A stretch of 61,503 nucleotides of DNA, counting the filler, from an uncultured bacterium (lineage in GTDB: Bacteria > CAYSBA01), in assembly GCA_964429075.1 (NCBI GenBank). It is 10 parts of 10 records of this genome, joined end to end, with 100 filler letters (N's around TTAATTAATTAA, not from the genome) between each part and the next. Parts side by side here need not be neighbours in the genome. Positions count along the whole stretch, not along the records: positions 18,906 to 25,051 come from CAYSBA010000092.1; positions 25,152 to 31,182 come from CAYSBA010000093.1; positions 31,283 to 37,281 come from CAYSBA010000094.1; 7 more parts are not named here. The stretch is one strand, 5' to 3'. Under the pieces are notes generated by a model. That model worked only from the letters and a program-made list of their open reading frames with translations. It ran no database searches and was not told the DNA's origin. Shown in pieces: positions 24,901-34,454 of this stretch. The translations under genes and the position numbers were made by a program. The first letter of the stretch is position 1; the number at the start of each line of letters is the position of its first letter.

Positions 24901-25049
24901 GAGGCATCCTTTTTTACATCGAGCAAAGGTCTGTAGAATACATTGAATATTGTTGGATCACTATCTCCTGGTAGTTGAGGATCGTCTGTTATGATGGTGT
25001 ATGAACCTGCACTGAGGATCCCCTGATTTTTTACCTGCATGCCATCTAT
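18906..25049 (-). CDS. Giant DUF11-type (conserved repeat domain) surface protein, truncated at both ends
   Basis: About 13 repeats of TK.....G...PGD.I.Y.I...N.G......V.D......NQA.....SDDP.T...DDPT; C-terminal GRVFWD and PSGVVYD..SG.PI..A domains. Confidence 0.88.
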
Positions 25050-25151
25050 ACNNNNNNNNNNNNNNNNNNNNNNNNNNNNNNNNNNNNNNNNNNNNTTAAT
25101 TAATTAANNNNNNNNNNNNNNNNNNNNNNNNNNNNNNNNNNNNNNNNNNNN

Positions 25152-26103
25152 ATTCTATATAGGGTTGATCTGATGATGTTACCATATGAGTCCCCACACC
25201 AAATGAATCTATTGGAGCACCCTTTTTAATAAGATCCTGTATCCTATACTCATCAAGGTCACCGCTTGCAATTATCCCTACACTATCAAGACCAGATTCG
25301 TTAAGGATTTTCCTTACTTGTTTAGACAACCTCACCAAATCACCGCTGTCTATCCTTATCGCCTTTACCTGTAAGCCAGATTTTACAAGTCTATGGGTTG
25401 CCTTTATTACATCATATGTGTCAAGTAAAAAAACTGTATTTTCAGGAAAATATGTTCGATATACCTTTATTGCTTCTATTTCATCATCAAAAGACATTAT
25501 CCACGAATGGGCAATTGTCCCAACCGTAGGAATATTAAACAACATCCCGGCTTCTGTATTTGATGTTGCAACACACCCTCCGATGTAACATGCCTTTGCT
25601 GCACTAAGACCAGCTTTGTAGCCATGTGCCCTTCTGGTACCGAAGTCAACTACAGGTCTTGATCCAGCGGCAAGGACTACACGAGAAGCCTTTGTGGCTA
25701 TCATAGTTTGAAAGGTAATCGTGGTAAGGAAGTATGTCTCAAGTATCTGAGCCTCTGCAATAGGCGCCACCACCTGAACAACAGGAGTCTCCTGAAAGAT
25801 TATACTACCCTCTCTGACTGCTCTTATATCCCCTGAAAATCTAAAATCCTTCAGCCATCTAAAAAAGGTATCGTCTACATCTTTAAAATAGGGATGTCTT
25901 TTTAGAAATTCTATCTCTTCTTTACCAAATTGCAGATTCAACGCATAACTTATTACATCTTCAATCCCACATGCAATCAGGTATCCCCTATTCTTTGGCA
26001 AATTTCTGAAAAAGAGTTCAAAAGCAGCATAATGATTCCTTCCTGAACAGACATATCCAGCTGCCATTGTCAACTGATATAGATCTGTAGAGAGTCCTCC
26101 CAT
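25152..26103 (-). CDS. pncB: Nicotinate phosphoribosyltransferase, 3'-truncated
   Basis: TDLYQLTM, DFGTRRAHG, GT.AHSWIM, LLDTYD, RIDSGDL, SGDLDEY, FGVGT. Confidence 0.95.
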
Positions 26104-26104
26104 A

Positions 26105-26479
26105 CTAATCTGGTGTAATCTTTATCTCTAAATAATTATCACTGGAGGGATAGCGCGCAGTTAGACCGGATCTGTCTGTGGCCAGTATATAGAAAAAAAG
26201 ATCATCTTTTTCAAAAAAGGGACCGAGATTTATAAAATAACCACTGGTTGCTGTATTGTTCATATCAAGTCCATGAAAGACATCGTCTTTCTTTAATTTG
26301 TAAAAGAGCTTTACACTATCTATGTTATCATCATCTATCTGTGCATCGATCTCTATGGATACACCCCTTTCAAGAACAAAGGCTGAATAACTGACACCAA
26401 GGATAATAGGTGCCTTACCACCACATGAAAGTACAATACAGCCAAGAATTAAAGGCAGATACAGAAGCCTGAAATACAT
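26105..26479 (-). CDS. Small hypothetical lipoprotein (Ig-like beta pattern)
   Basis: MYFRLLYLPLILGCIVLSC lipobox; V.LFY and FFYI.A.D strands; start chosen at ATG 26479. Confidence 0.55.
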   Translation of the reverse strand: MYFRLLYLPLILGCIVLSCGGKAPIILGVSYSAFVLERGVSIEIDAQIDDDNIDSVKLFYKLKKDDVFHGLDMNNTATSGYFINLGPFFEKDDLFFYILATDRSGLTARYPSSDNYLEIKITPD

Positions 26480-27051
26480 TGCCCTGTTCCACAATCTAAA
26501 GGGGTCTGACACTGTGAGAGCATTGTACAGTTGTTTTGTCCACCACCATTACCCGGTATATTGCAGATACATAAACCAAAAAGACAACTCATCCCTCCAC
26601 AATCTGCATCACTTATGCATGGAGTAAGATTTGTACACTGTGAGTTATTTGAGTTGCAAATGCAGATGCCAAAAGTACACCTGCCATTATAACAATCAGT
26701 ATCGCTACTGCACTGTTTAAAATTCTGACATGAAGGCGGTTCAGCACATTTACCATCCACGCAGATCCTTGATCCATCACAATCTCTATCCCCTCTGCAA
26801 CCCTCGATGCAGCTACCATCCTCACATATATATTCTATCTGACAATCCTGGTCATATTCGCATTCACATTCAACTTTGCCGCAAGGATTTGCTGCTACAC
26901 ATTTACCGTTATCACATCTTTCCCAAACAAAACAGTCATTATCCACAACACATTCTGGTGTAACATTTTCATCACCGTCCTGGTAAAGTGTTCGTGAACA
27001 TCCTGTTAATGAAAAAATAAAGATTGCGATGTAAAAAACAAACAATTTCAT
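26449..27051 (-). CDS. Cys-rich lipoprotein with tandem C..D.DC......C....C repeats
   Basis: MKLFVFYIAIFIFSLTGC lipobox at ATG 27051; about six short Cys modules. Confidence 0.75.
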   Translation of the reverse strand: MKLFVFYIAIFIFSLTGCSRTLYQDGDENVTPECVVDNDCFVWERCDNGKCVAANPCGKVECECEYDQDCQIEYICEDGSCIEGCRGDRDCDGSRICVDGKCAEPPSCQNFKQCSSDTDCYNGRCTFGICICNSNNSQCTNLTPCISDADCGGMSCLFGLCICNIPGNGGGQNNCTMLSQCQTPLDCGTGQCISGFCICL

Positions 27052-27161
27052 GATAATGGGATAACACTCTGCCAGATTTGTGTCAAACTGCAAAATATCT
27101 CTCTTTATTGAACCCCATACAAAATTGAACAAAGAGTTGTCACAAAATCAGGATTTCTTTC

Positions 27162-30100
27162 TTAAAAGCTATTACATTCTGCATTCTGTCCTCTGACAAT
27201 ATTGTATTTCTGCCAGTGAGGAACTTCATGTCTTGGCACAGTGCCATTTTCCTCAATGTTGGTAATGTGATAATCATGCTGATTCCAGATCTTTCTGGCC
27301 TTTACCCAATTGTTGTCTGAGTTCCCAAGTACCATTATTCCACCAGGACTTGTCCTAGAATTAACTGCCACAACAATCTCTGCCCTGTTATCTCCATCAA
27401 CATCTGCAACCACCGGTATCTCCCAGCCTGTTACAGATGGCCTGCCCTTTTCGTAGATCTTTGTCCCATCAGTACCTCTAAATATGTATACAGTACCTTC
27501 ATCTGCAAAGACAACATCATAACAACCATCACCCTCAAAATCAAAAACCGATGGTACCGCAGAACCTGTCATGTCGCTAATATTTGCCTCCCACATAACA
27601 GTAAGGTCAGAATCGTAGGCAACAAGTTTATCCTCTGCTGGGACAACTATCTCAGCCTGGCCATCACAATCAAGGTCTCCTGCAGCCATCTCAACTACAA
27701 GAATTGTATCATCTGTGGTATTTACACGGATAGGTCCCTGTCTCAGGGTGCCATCGTGTTCCAGGACCCATATCTCAGAACCATCTTCTTTTCCTATATT
27801 AACAACAACCTCTGGATATGGATCATCATTTCCGTCAAGGTCCACCACCATTGGCATACCTCCGTTCGGCACTTCTGATGCATCCCAGTACAAAACCCCA
27901 TTGTAACGATAGGCTCTTGCACCAACAATGACCTCTGGTCTTCCGTCAAGATCAAGATCAGCTACTGTAGACATTGCACCATGACCTGTGTTTGCACGCT
28001 GAGGATCATCACCCTTCCACCATAGTGTTCCATCGTTTCTATACACATGATCTCCAAGAATGATTTCAGGTTTACCATCTCCATCAAGATCGGCAATAGA
28101 CATAGCACTTGCATCTTCTATTTCAGTCTGTGGCCGTGTCCAAGGATCACTCTCCCATTTCAGGGTTCCATCATTCTCAAAGGCCAGCAAATTCCCAGAC
28201 ACATAATGACCCTGCATACCCATAGGACCTGTTCCCGGATTATCAACTAATTTTTCTGCAATTATCTCAGGCCTGTTATCTCCATCTATATCTGCAACAG
28301 CAAGCTGGTTTTCACTGTTGATCGCCATATCTGGCAGCAGGTTTATTGTATAATGTTCGTGACCATCATCACCACTCACAACTCTAATTACAGCAGGAAT
28401 AGGGGTAGCTGCATCTGTAGAACTTACATTAACACTTTTACATGTAGAAAAGATGACATCGGGTATATCATTATGATCTATTGCTCCATCACCGTTGTCA
28501 TCTGTCATCTGTGCAACAATAGGAGTCATCCACACCTGATTATAATCTGGTAAGACAGATGTGGAGTTCTGGTTCCAGATCCATTCTACCATCGGGTTGA
28601 AGGTCTGCGGTGTTATACATTCAGGGATATTTGTAGTTGCAGATATAGCACTTGCATTCAGTGTAATTTCGTCTGTTTCATCACCACAGCCACTACTTTT
28701 TACCACCACCTTACCACTATCCTGCCCCTGATCAGCTGGTGCGTATGTAACATCAATAATAAATGAATCTCCTGTTTGCAATGTAACAGGCAGGCTGTCG
28801 AAGTTTAACGTAAATTCTGTTGAACTGTTTGGAGCAAGATCGATTGAGTCGATCCTCTTTGCATCAAGCCCTATGTTTTCACAGATTGTTCTCTTTGTGC
28901 TTGAACTGCCTGCATAGATATTATAAAAAGTAAGTGCATTGGGTGCACATCTTAATCCACATTGTGCAGCGCCTTTTCCAGTAAGCTTTACCATAGTAGT
29001 CCCCTGTGTAGGATCACTGCTTGTAATCTTTAACCATCCTTCATATTCAATATAATCCTGAGGTGCAAAAGATAATTCCACAGTAACGCTATCTCCAGGA
29101 GTAAGTGTTACCGGTGATTGAGGTATCGTTGCAAAACCAAATGGAGGAGAGCTACCATTTGAAAAATCATAGGAATTTACAACAAGGTTATCAGTACCAC
29201 AGTTGATTACAAGCAGATTATCTGTTGCAGTACTACCAACAAGTACAGCACCAAAATCAACCTGTTGTGGAGATACACATATCTTTGGACCCTTACCCTT
29301 ACCGGTAATATCTACAACAGTGTTCAGGCTGCTGAACACTGGATTTCCCTCATAGATCTCAAGCTGGGCATCCCTTGTACCAACATTCTGAGGTCTGAAA
29401 GAGATATCAAGAAAGAAGCTCGAACCAGGTGAAACCGTAATTGTATTGAAATTTGAAGGAAGCTGACCTGGATCTGTAAAGAAATAGTCTGGATCAGAAC
29501 TATCTGAAAACTGTATTTTGGGTATCTCACAATCATCTCCACCATAATTGGTAAAAGTAACCCTCTTCATTACCGTATTACCAAGTGCGACAAGACCAAA
29601 ATCAACAGGGGCTGTATCTGCCTCAAGGTAGCATGTATTGCCTACATCGATTGGACTTCCCTGAAGTACAACCTCTATATCTGGCTCAAGTGGGTCGTTG
29701 GATGTAACATGTATGCTTGAGCTATCTGGTGAAGATGGGCTGGCTCCATTCTGATTGGGGCTGTAGGTTGCAGTAACCTGATAACTCACACCAGGATTGA
29801 TTGTGACAGGGCCTGGAAGGCCACTAATAGCAAACTCATTGTCTGGATCTGGATCCGGATCTGATACAGTTACATCTTCACACGGTTCTGTCCCCACATT
29901 CACAAGATAGATTGTCTTGCTTTTACTGCGTCCAAAGGCAACAGCTCCAAAATTCACCACCCTTGGCTGAACATCAAGATCGCAAGAAGGACCGAGAATA
30001 CCTTCTCCTCTCAGGGTAAGCCATCCGTTGCTTGACTCAGGATCATTAGTGGTCAGATAGAGCCTTGCCTCATCAACGCCAAGATCAGATGGTGAATATG

Positions 30101-31088
30101 TGAGTTCTGTTGTAAGTTCTTCACCAGGTTGTAAAGTCACAGGTATCGAAGGTGGCGATGGAATCCCGAATTCACCAGTTGAATCCTGAAGTTCGAAACG
30201 ACTTACTTCAAGTGGTTCTTCACCACAGTTGGTTATTTTCATCTGCATAGTCTTTGTAGAACCAATCTCTACCTCTCCAAAATCTATTGTTGGCGGGATT
30301 GGATCTATACATGCCTTTGGGATGTGGAGTCTACCTTCAACAACCACTTCCACCAGATACTCATCTGGATCATTACTTTCTATCCTTAGTGTTGTCTTTT
30401 CAAAATTGTAGTCAACAGGTTTAAATCTTATTTGAAAACTTTTGCTATCACCTGGAGCAATGACAGATTGTGGGAAGGGCTCTGGATTCATTGTCAACTC
30501 TGAGCTTGTGCCCTCAGATCTACTAAATTCATTTACGTTAAGGTCCAGCGTGGCATCTTTGCTATTTTTGACATAAAAATCAAGACTGCCCTCATCTCCA
30601 ACATCGCTAACCATAATAGTTGCCTTTAACACCTCGCCTGGGACATTACATACCTCACCATCATCGCCAATGTAACACACCTCTATGTCGGGAATCTTAC
30701 AGTTTCCACACAGTGCAATCTCGAACCTCTGATCACCATTTTCAGATTCAATAACAAGGGTATCCTGAACTTTTGAAAGATCGTCTGGTGTAAAGATTAC
30801 CCTTAAATAAACTGTAGTTCCTGCCTTTATAGTTTGAGATATTGGATCTATTGTGAATCTTTTGTCATTATTTTTTAATTTTGGGGTCGTTATCTTTCCA
30901 TCCTTCATGCCCACATTCTTTATAGTTATCATCTTATCTTCACTGGCACCAATCTTTGTGGGGCCAAAGTCAAGCTCTTTTGGTGTGACCTCTAACTTAA
31001 ACTCCACCTGACCCAATGGGTCGTCACCACACTTACAACCGATTAGTGTAAAACTAACAAGAAAGGCAGCCAACAAAAATCTTTTCAT
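27162..31088 (-). CDS. Large lipoprotein with about 7 ASH/choice-of-anchor-D Ig-like domains and a C-terminal FG-GAP/VCBS propeller
   Basis: Lipobox LIGC; repeated P...DFG.V..G......N.G......I.SNDP; C-terminal ADIDGDNRPEI, ADLDGDGKPEI, DFEGDG, ADVDGDNRAEI; AGGAG RBS. Confidence 0.88.
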   Translation of the reverse strand: MKRFLLAAFLVSFTLIGCKCGDDPLGQVEFKLEVTPKELDFGPTKIGASEDKMITIKNVGMKDGKITTPKLKNNDKRFTIDPISQTIKAGTTVYLRVIFTPDDLSKVQDTLVIESENGDQRFEIALCGNCKIPDIEVCYIGDDGEVCNVPGEVLKATIMVSDVGDEGSLDFYVKNSKDATLDLNVNEFSRSEGTSSELTMNPEPFPQSVIAPGDSKSFQIRFKPVDYNFEKTTLRIESNDPDEYLVEVVVEGRLHIPKACIDPIPPTIDFGEVEIGSTKTMQMKITNCGEEPLEVSRFELQDSTGEFGIPSPPSIPVTLQPGEELTTELTYSPSDLGVDEARLYLTTNDPESSNGWLTLRGEGILGPSCDLDVQPRVVNFGAVAFGRSKSKTIYLVNVGTEPCEDVTVSDPDPDPDNEFAISGLPGPVTINPGVSYQVTATYSPNQNGASPSSPDSSSIHVTSNDPLEPDIEVVLQGSPIDVGNTCYLEADTAPVDFGLVALGNTVMKRVTFTNYGGDDCEIPKIQFSDSSDPDYFFTDPGQLPSNFNTITVSPGSSFFLDISFRPQNVGTRDAQLEIYEGNPVFSSLNTVVDITGKGKGPKICVSPQQVDFGAVLVGSTATDNLLVINCGTDNLVVNSYDFSNGSSPPFGFATIPQSPVTLTPGDSVTVELSFAPQDYIEYEGWLKITSSDPTQGTTMVKLTGKGAAQCGLRCAPNALTFYNIYAGSSSTKRTICENIGLDAKRIDSIDLAPNSSTEFTLNFDSLPVTLQTGDSFIIDVTYAPADQGQDSGKVVVKSSGCGDETDEITLNASAISATTNIPECITPQTFNPMVEWIWNQNSTSVLPDYNQVWMTPIVAQMTDDNGDGAIDHNDIPDVIFSTCKSVNVSSTDAATPIPAVIRVVSGDDGHEHYTINLLPDMAINSENQLAVADIDGDNRPEIIAEKLVDNPGTGPMGMQGHYVSGNLLAFENDGTLKWESDPWTRPQTEIEDASAMSIADLDGDGKPEIILGDHVYRNDGTLWWKGDDPQRANTGHGAMSTVADLDLDGRPEVIVGARAYRYNGVLYWDASEVPNGGMPMVVDLDGNDDPYPEVVVNIGKEDGSEIWVLEHDGTLRQGPIRVNTTDDTILVVEMAAGDLDCDGQAEIVVPAEDKLVAYDSDLTVMWEANISDMTGSAVPSVFDFEGDGCYDVVFADEGTVYIFRGTDGTKIYEKGRPSVTGWEIPVVADVDGDNRAEIVVAVNSRTSPGGIMVLGNSDNNWVKARKIWNQHDYHITNIEENGTVPRHEVPHWQKYNIVRGQNAECNSF

Positions 31089-31366
31089 AAGGTTGCTCCT
31101 GTTAAAATTTTATAAAGGATTAATTAAATCAATAATAGTAGAAATTAATTTTAAAAAAAAATCAAGTGATTTTTCTTAAATCNNNNNNNNNNNNNNNNNN
31201 NNNNNNNNNNNNNNNNNNNNNNNNNNTTAATTAATTAANNNNNNNNNNNNNNNNNNNNNNNNNNNNNNNNNNNNNNNNNNNNGTGTAGTATAGTCTTACA
31301 GTGATGTAGATTGCTTTTTATTTCATAATCTGATAAAACAAATTAAGTTTAATAAAAGGGTTTTTG

Positions 31367-31630
31367 ATGACAAAAAAAACAGAAAAACAGAAGCTTAGCT
31401 TTGAACAGATGATGGATCGTATAAAAGAGATAACAGAGACCCTTCAGAGAAGAGATGTCGGTCTTGAAAAATCAATAGATCTGTACCGGGAGGGTATGGA
31501 ACTTGTAAAAAAATGCCAGCAGCTACTGAATGAGGCTGAAGAAAAGATTAAAATAATTACTGAAAATGAAGAGGGTTTTGAGATCCAAAAGGTGGATGCC
31601 AGCCTCTTTTCTCAAAACAATAATTCATAA
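31367..31630 (+). CDS. xseB: Exodeoxyribonuclease VII small subunit
   Basis: SFEQ....I.EI...L......LEKSI.LY.EGM.L...C...L.EAE.KI; xseB-ispA-dxs synteny. Confidence 0.93.
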   Translation: MTKKTEKQKLSFEQMMDRIKEITETLQRRDVGLEKSIDLYREGMELVKKCQQLLNEAEEKIKIITENEEGFEIQKVDASLFSQNNNS

Positions 31631-31644
31631 AAAATGGGGTATAA

Positions 31645-32535
31645 ATGAATATCAAACTCTATCTTGATGAACGAAAAAAGAGAATTGACAGGCGTCTGAA
31701 AGAGATTCTACTTTCCCTCAAAGATACTCCTGAGATACTGAAAGATGCTATGAGCTACTCTTTGATACCAGGGGGTAAAAGAATAAGACCTATACTTACT
31801 CTGGCATGTTCAGAGGTTGTTGGTGGAACCGACGAAGATGCATTAGACTACGCTTGTTCAATTGAATTGATACACACCTTTTCAATCATTCATGACGATC
31901 TGCCAGCTATGGACAATGATGACTACCGAAGAGGCAAGCCTACTTGTCACAGGGTATTTGGTGAGGGTGGGGCAATCCTTGCAGGTGATGCCCTTATAAT
32001 ACTTGCTTTTGAAACATTAACATCTGCAAATCTTACAGATAAGCTGACTAAGATGCAATATCTTCATCTTATTACAACAGTTGCTCACTGGATAGGTCCT
32101 TCGGGGCTAACTGGTGGGCAGATGATGGACATAAGTCGTCAGAGCCTGTTTATGGATACTGATACCCTTATGGACATTAATCTCAAAAAGACAGGGAGTC
32201 TATTCTATCTTGCCTGTTATGGTGGGGCCATGCTTGGAGGTGGTAGTGAAGAACAAGTAGAGGCACTTGGAGAATTCGGAAAAAAGATTGGCCTTGCATT
32301 TCAGATTGTAGATGACATACTCGATCTCAGTGGTAACAGGGCAAATTCTGGCAAAGAACCCTTCAGAGAGATAGATGCAAGCAAAACAACATTTCCTGTT
32401 TTAATTGGCATTGAGAGGTCAAAAGAACTCTCAGAACGACTTTCCAACGAGGCAATAGAACATCTCAAAATATTTGGAGAAAAGGCAAAGATGTTAAAAG
32501 AGATTGCCAAAATGCTTGTTCATCGTGACAGATAA
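31645..32535 (+). CDS. ispA: Farnesyl/geranyl diphosphate synthase
   Basis: GGKRIRP, HDDLPAMDNDDYRRGKPT, GQ..D, KT, FQIVDDILD. Confidence 0.94.
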   Translation: MNIKLYLDERKKRIDRRLKEILLSLKDTPEILKDAMSYSLIPGGKRIRPILTLACSEVVGGTDEDALDYACSIELIHTFSIIHDDLPAMDNDDYRRGKPTCHRVFGEGGAILAGDALIILAFETLTSANLTDKLTKMQYLHLITTVAHWIGPSGLTGGQMMDISRQSLFMDTDTLMDINLKKTGSLFYLACYGGAMLGGGSEEQVEALGEFGKKIGLAFQIVDDILDLSGNRANSGKEPFREIDASKTTFPVLIGIERSKELSERLSNEAIEHLKIFGEKAKMLKEIAKMLVHRDR

Positions 32536-32536
32536 T

Positions 32537-34444
32537 ATGAATGGTTATAGATACTTGAGTTCAATAGATTCTCCAGAGGATATAAAAGGGCTTACTTTAG
32601 AAGAGCTGAATCTCCTTGCAGATGAAATAAGACGCTGTATTATAGATGTTGTATCCAAAAATGGTGGCCATCTTGCAAGTTCTCTCGGTGTTGTAGAGCT
32701 CACACTTGCTCTTCACTATGTATTTAACTCACCAGAAGATGTTATCATCTGGGATGTAGGTCATCAAAGCTATGCCCACAAATTAATAACAGGAAGGTTT
32801 AATGACTTCCATACCCTCAGAAGGTTTGGAGGTCTTAGTGGATTCCCCAGAAGATCAGAGAGCATGCACGATCATTTTGGTACAGGACATGCATCGACGA
32901 GTATCTCTGCAGCATTAGGTATCCTTGAAGCAAAGAGATTCTTAGCGAAAAAAGGGAAGGTAGTGGCTGTTATTGGGGATGGTGGAATGACCGGTGGCCT
33001 TGCCTTTGAAGCGATGAACAATGCCGGAGAAATCAAAAGAGACCTTATAGTTATTCTCAACGAAAACAGTATGTCTATTTCAAAGAATGTGGGTGCAATA
33101 AGTACGTGGTTTTCCCGTAAATTTACCGGGAGGCAGTATAACCTATGGCGGAGAAGGATAAAGAGAGTCCTGAACAATATACCCCATGTTGGTGAAGATA
33201 TCTATACCATAATCAGCAGGGTACTGGAATCATCTAAAGTACTACTGACCCCCGGTATACTCTTTGAGGGTTTTGGCTTTAAATACACCGGCCCCATCAA
33301 TGGACACGATATCCCAGAACTTATAAGTGTCCTTAATGACATAAAATCCTACACAGAAGGTCCACAGCTTTTACACGTTGTAACAAAAAAAGGTAAGGGG
33401 TATCCCCCTGCAGAGGAATCACCAAGGATCTTTCATGGCGTAGGTGGATTTGATATTGCATCAGGTAGACCCAAAAAGGGTAAAAAAAAGAGCTACAGCA
33501 AAATATTTGGCGAGACCCTGATTGATATTGCAAACAAGAATTCACATGTAGTGGCAATAACCGGTGCAATGACTGATGGTACCGGACTTTCAGAATTTTC
33601 AAAACTATTTAAAGGCCGTTTTTTTGATGTGGGTATTGCAGAAGGACATGCAGTACTCTTTGCAGCAGGTCTGGCCACTCAGGGCCTAAAACCCTTTGTT
33701 GCAATATATTCAACCTTTCTACAGAGGGCTTATGATCAAATTATTCATGATGTATGTCTTCAAAACCTACCAGTAGTATTTGTTATTGATAGGGCAGGAA
33801 TAGTTGGTGAAGATGGAGCGACTCACTCGGGTGCCTTTGATCTGAGTTATTTAAGGCTTGTACCCAATATAACCATCTTTGTTCCTGCAGACGAAAATGA
33901 ACTAAGAAGCATGCTACACTCTGCAATGAAGATTGATGGTCCTGTTGCAATCAGATTTCCACGGGGTGAAATAAGAGGTCTCAAGGAGACACCTATAGAA
34001 TTTATCCCAAAAGGTTCATCCAAGATTCTATTTGGAAATCCAGGAGCTGAGGTACTTATACTTGCAACGGGACATCCGGTATGGGAGGCGGTTGAGGCTG
34101 CAAAGGACCTCCACACCCATATAAGTTGCTGTGTGGTAAATGTGCAATGTATTAAACCTATCGATAAAGAGCGGATAAAAGAGTTAATAGTCTCTTCAAA
34201 TTATATCTTTACTGCCGAAGAAAACACACAAATTGGAGGATTGTTTGGAGCTATAAGCGAACTTATAGCAGAAGAGGGGATTGCAAGAAGGGTAATCCCA
34301 ATTTCCCTGCCGGACAAATTTATAGAACATGGATCACAAAAGGAGTTGAGATCCCTCTACGGGCTTGACTATAAGGGGATAAAAAATACTATACTTAAAC
34401 ATGTAAAGAAAATCTTTGCCTTAGAAGGTAAAATAAAGGGTTAA
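32537..34444 (+). CDS. dxs: 1-deoxy-D-xylulose-5-phosphate synthase
   Basis: GGHLASSLGVVELT, WDVGHQ.Y.HK, GHASTSISA, GDG..TGG, DVGIAEGHA, YSTFLQRAYDQ. Confidence 0.97.
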   Translation: MNGYRYLSSIDSPEDIKGLTLEELNLLADEIRRCIIDVVSKNGGHLASSLGVVELTLALHYVFNSPEDVIIWDVGHQSYAHKLITGRFNDFHTLRRFGGLSGFPRRSESMHDHFGTGHASTSISAALGILEAKRFLAKKGKVVAVIGDGGMTGGLAFEAMNNAGEIKRDLIVILNENSMSISKNVGAISTWFSRKFTGRQYNLWRRRIKRVLNNIPHVGEDIYTIISRVLESSKVLLTPGILFEGFGFKYTGPINGHDIPELISVLNDIKSYTEGPQLLHVVTKKGKGYPPAEESPRIFHGVGGFDIASGRPKKGKKKSYSKIFGETLIDIANKNSHVVAITGAMTDGTGLSEFSKLFKGRFFDVGIAEGHAVLFAAGLATQGLKPFVAIYSTFLQRAYDQIIHDVCLQNLPVVFVIDRAGIVGEDGATHSGAFDLSYLRLVPNITIFVPADENELRSMLHSAMKIDGPVAIRFPRGEIRGLKETPIEFIPKGSSKILFGNPGAEVLILATGHPVWEAVEAAKDLHTHISCCVVNVQCIKPIDKERIKELIVSSNYIFTAEENTQIGGLFGAISELIAEEGIARRVIPISLPDKFIEHGSQKELRSLYGLDYKGIKNTILKHVKKIFALEGKIKG

Positions 34445-34454
34445 AACAGAGGGT

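Noticed and set aside
31089-31363. AT-rich stretch resembling an origin or a divergent promoter between the lipoprotein gene and xseB
   Set aside because: It spans a linker, so the halves are unrelated contig ends; no DnaA-box cluster seen
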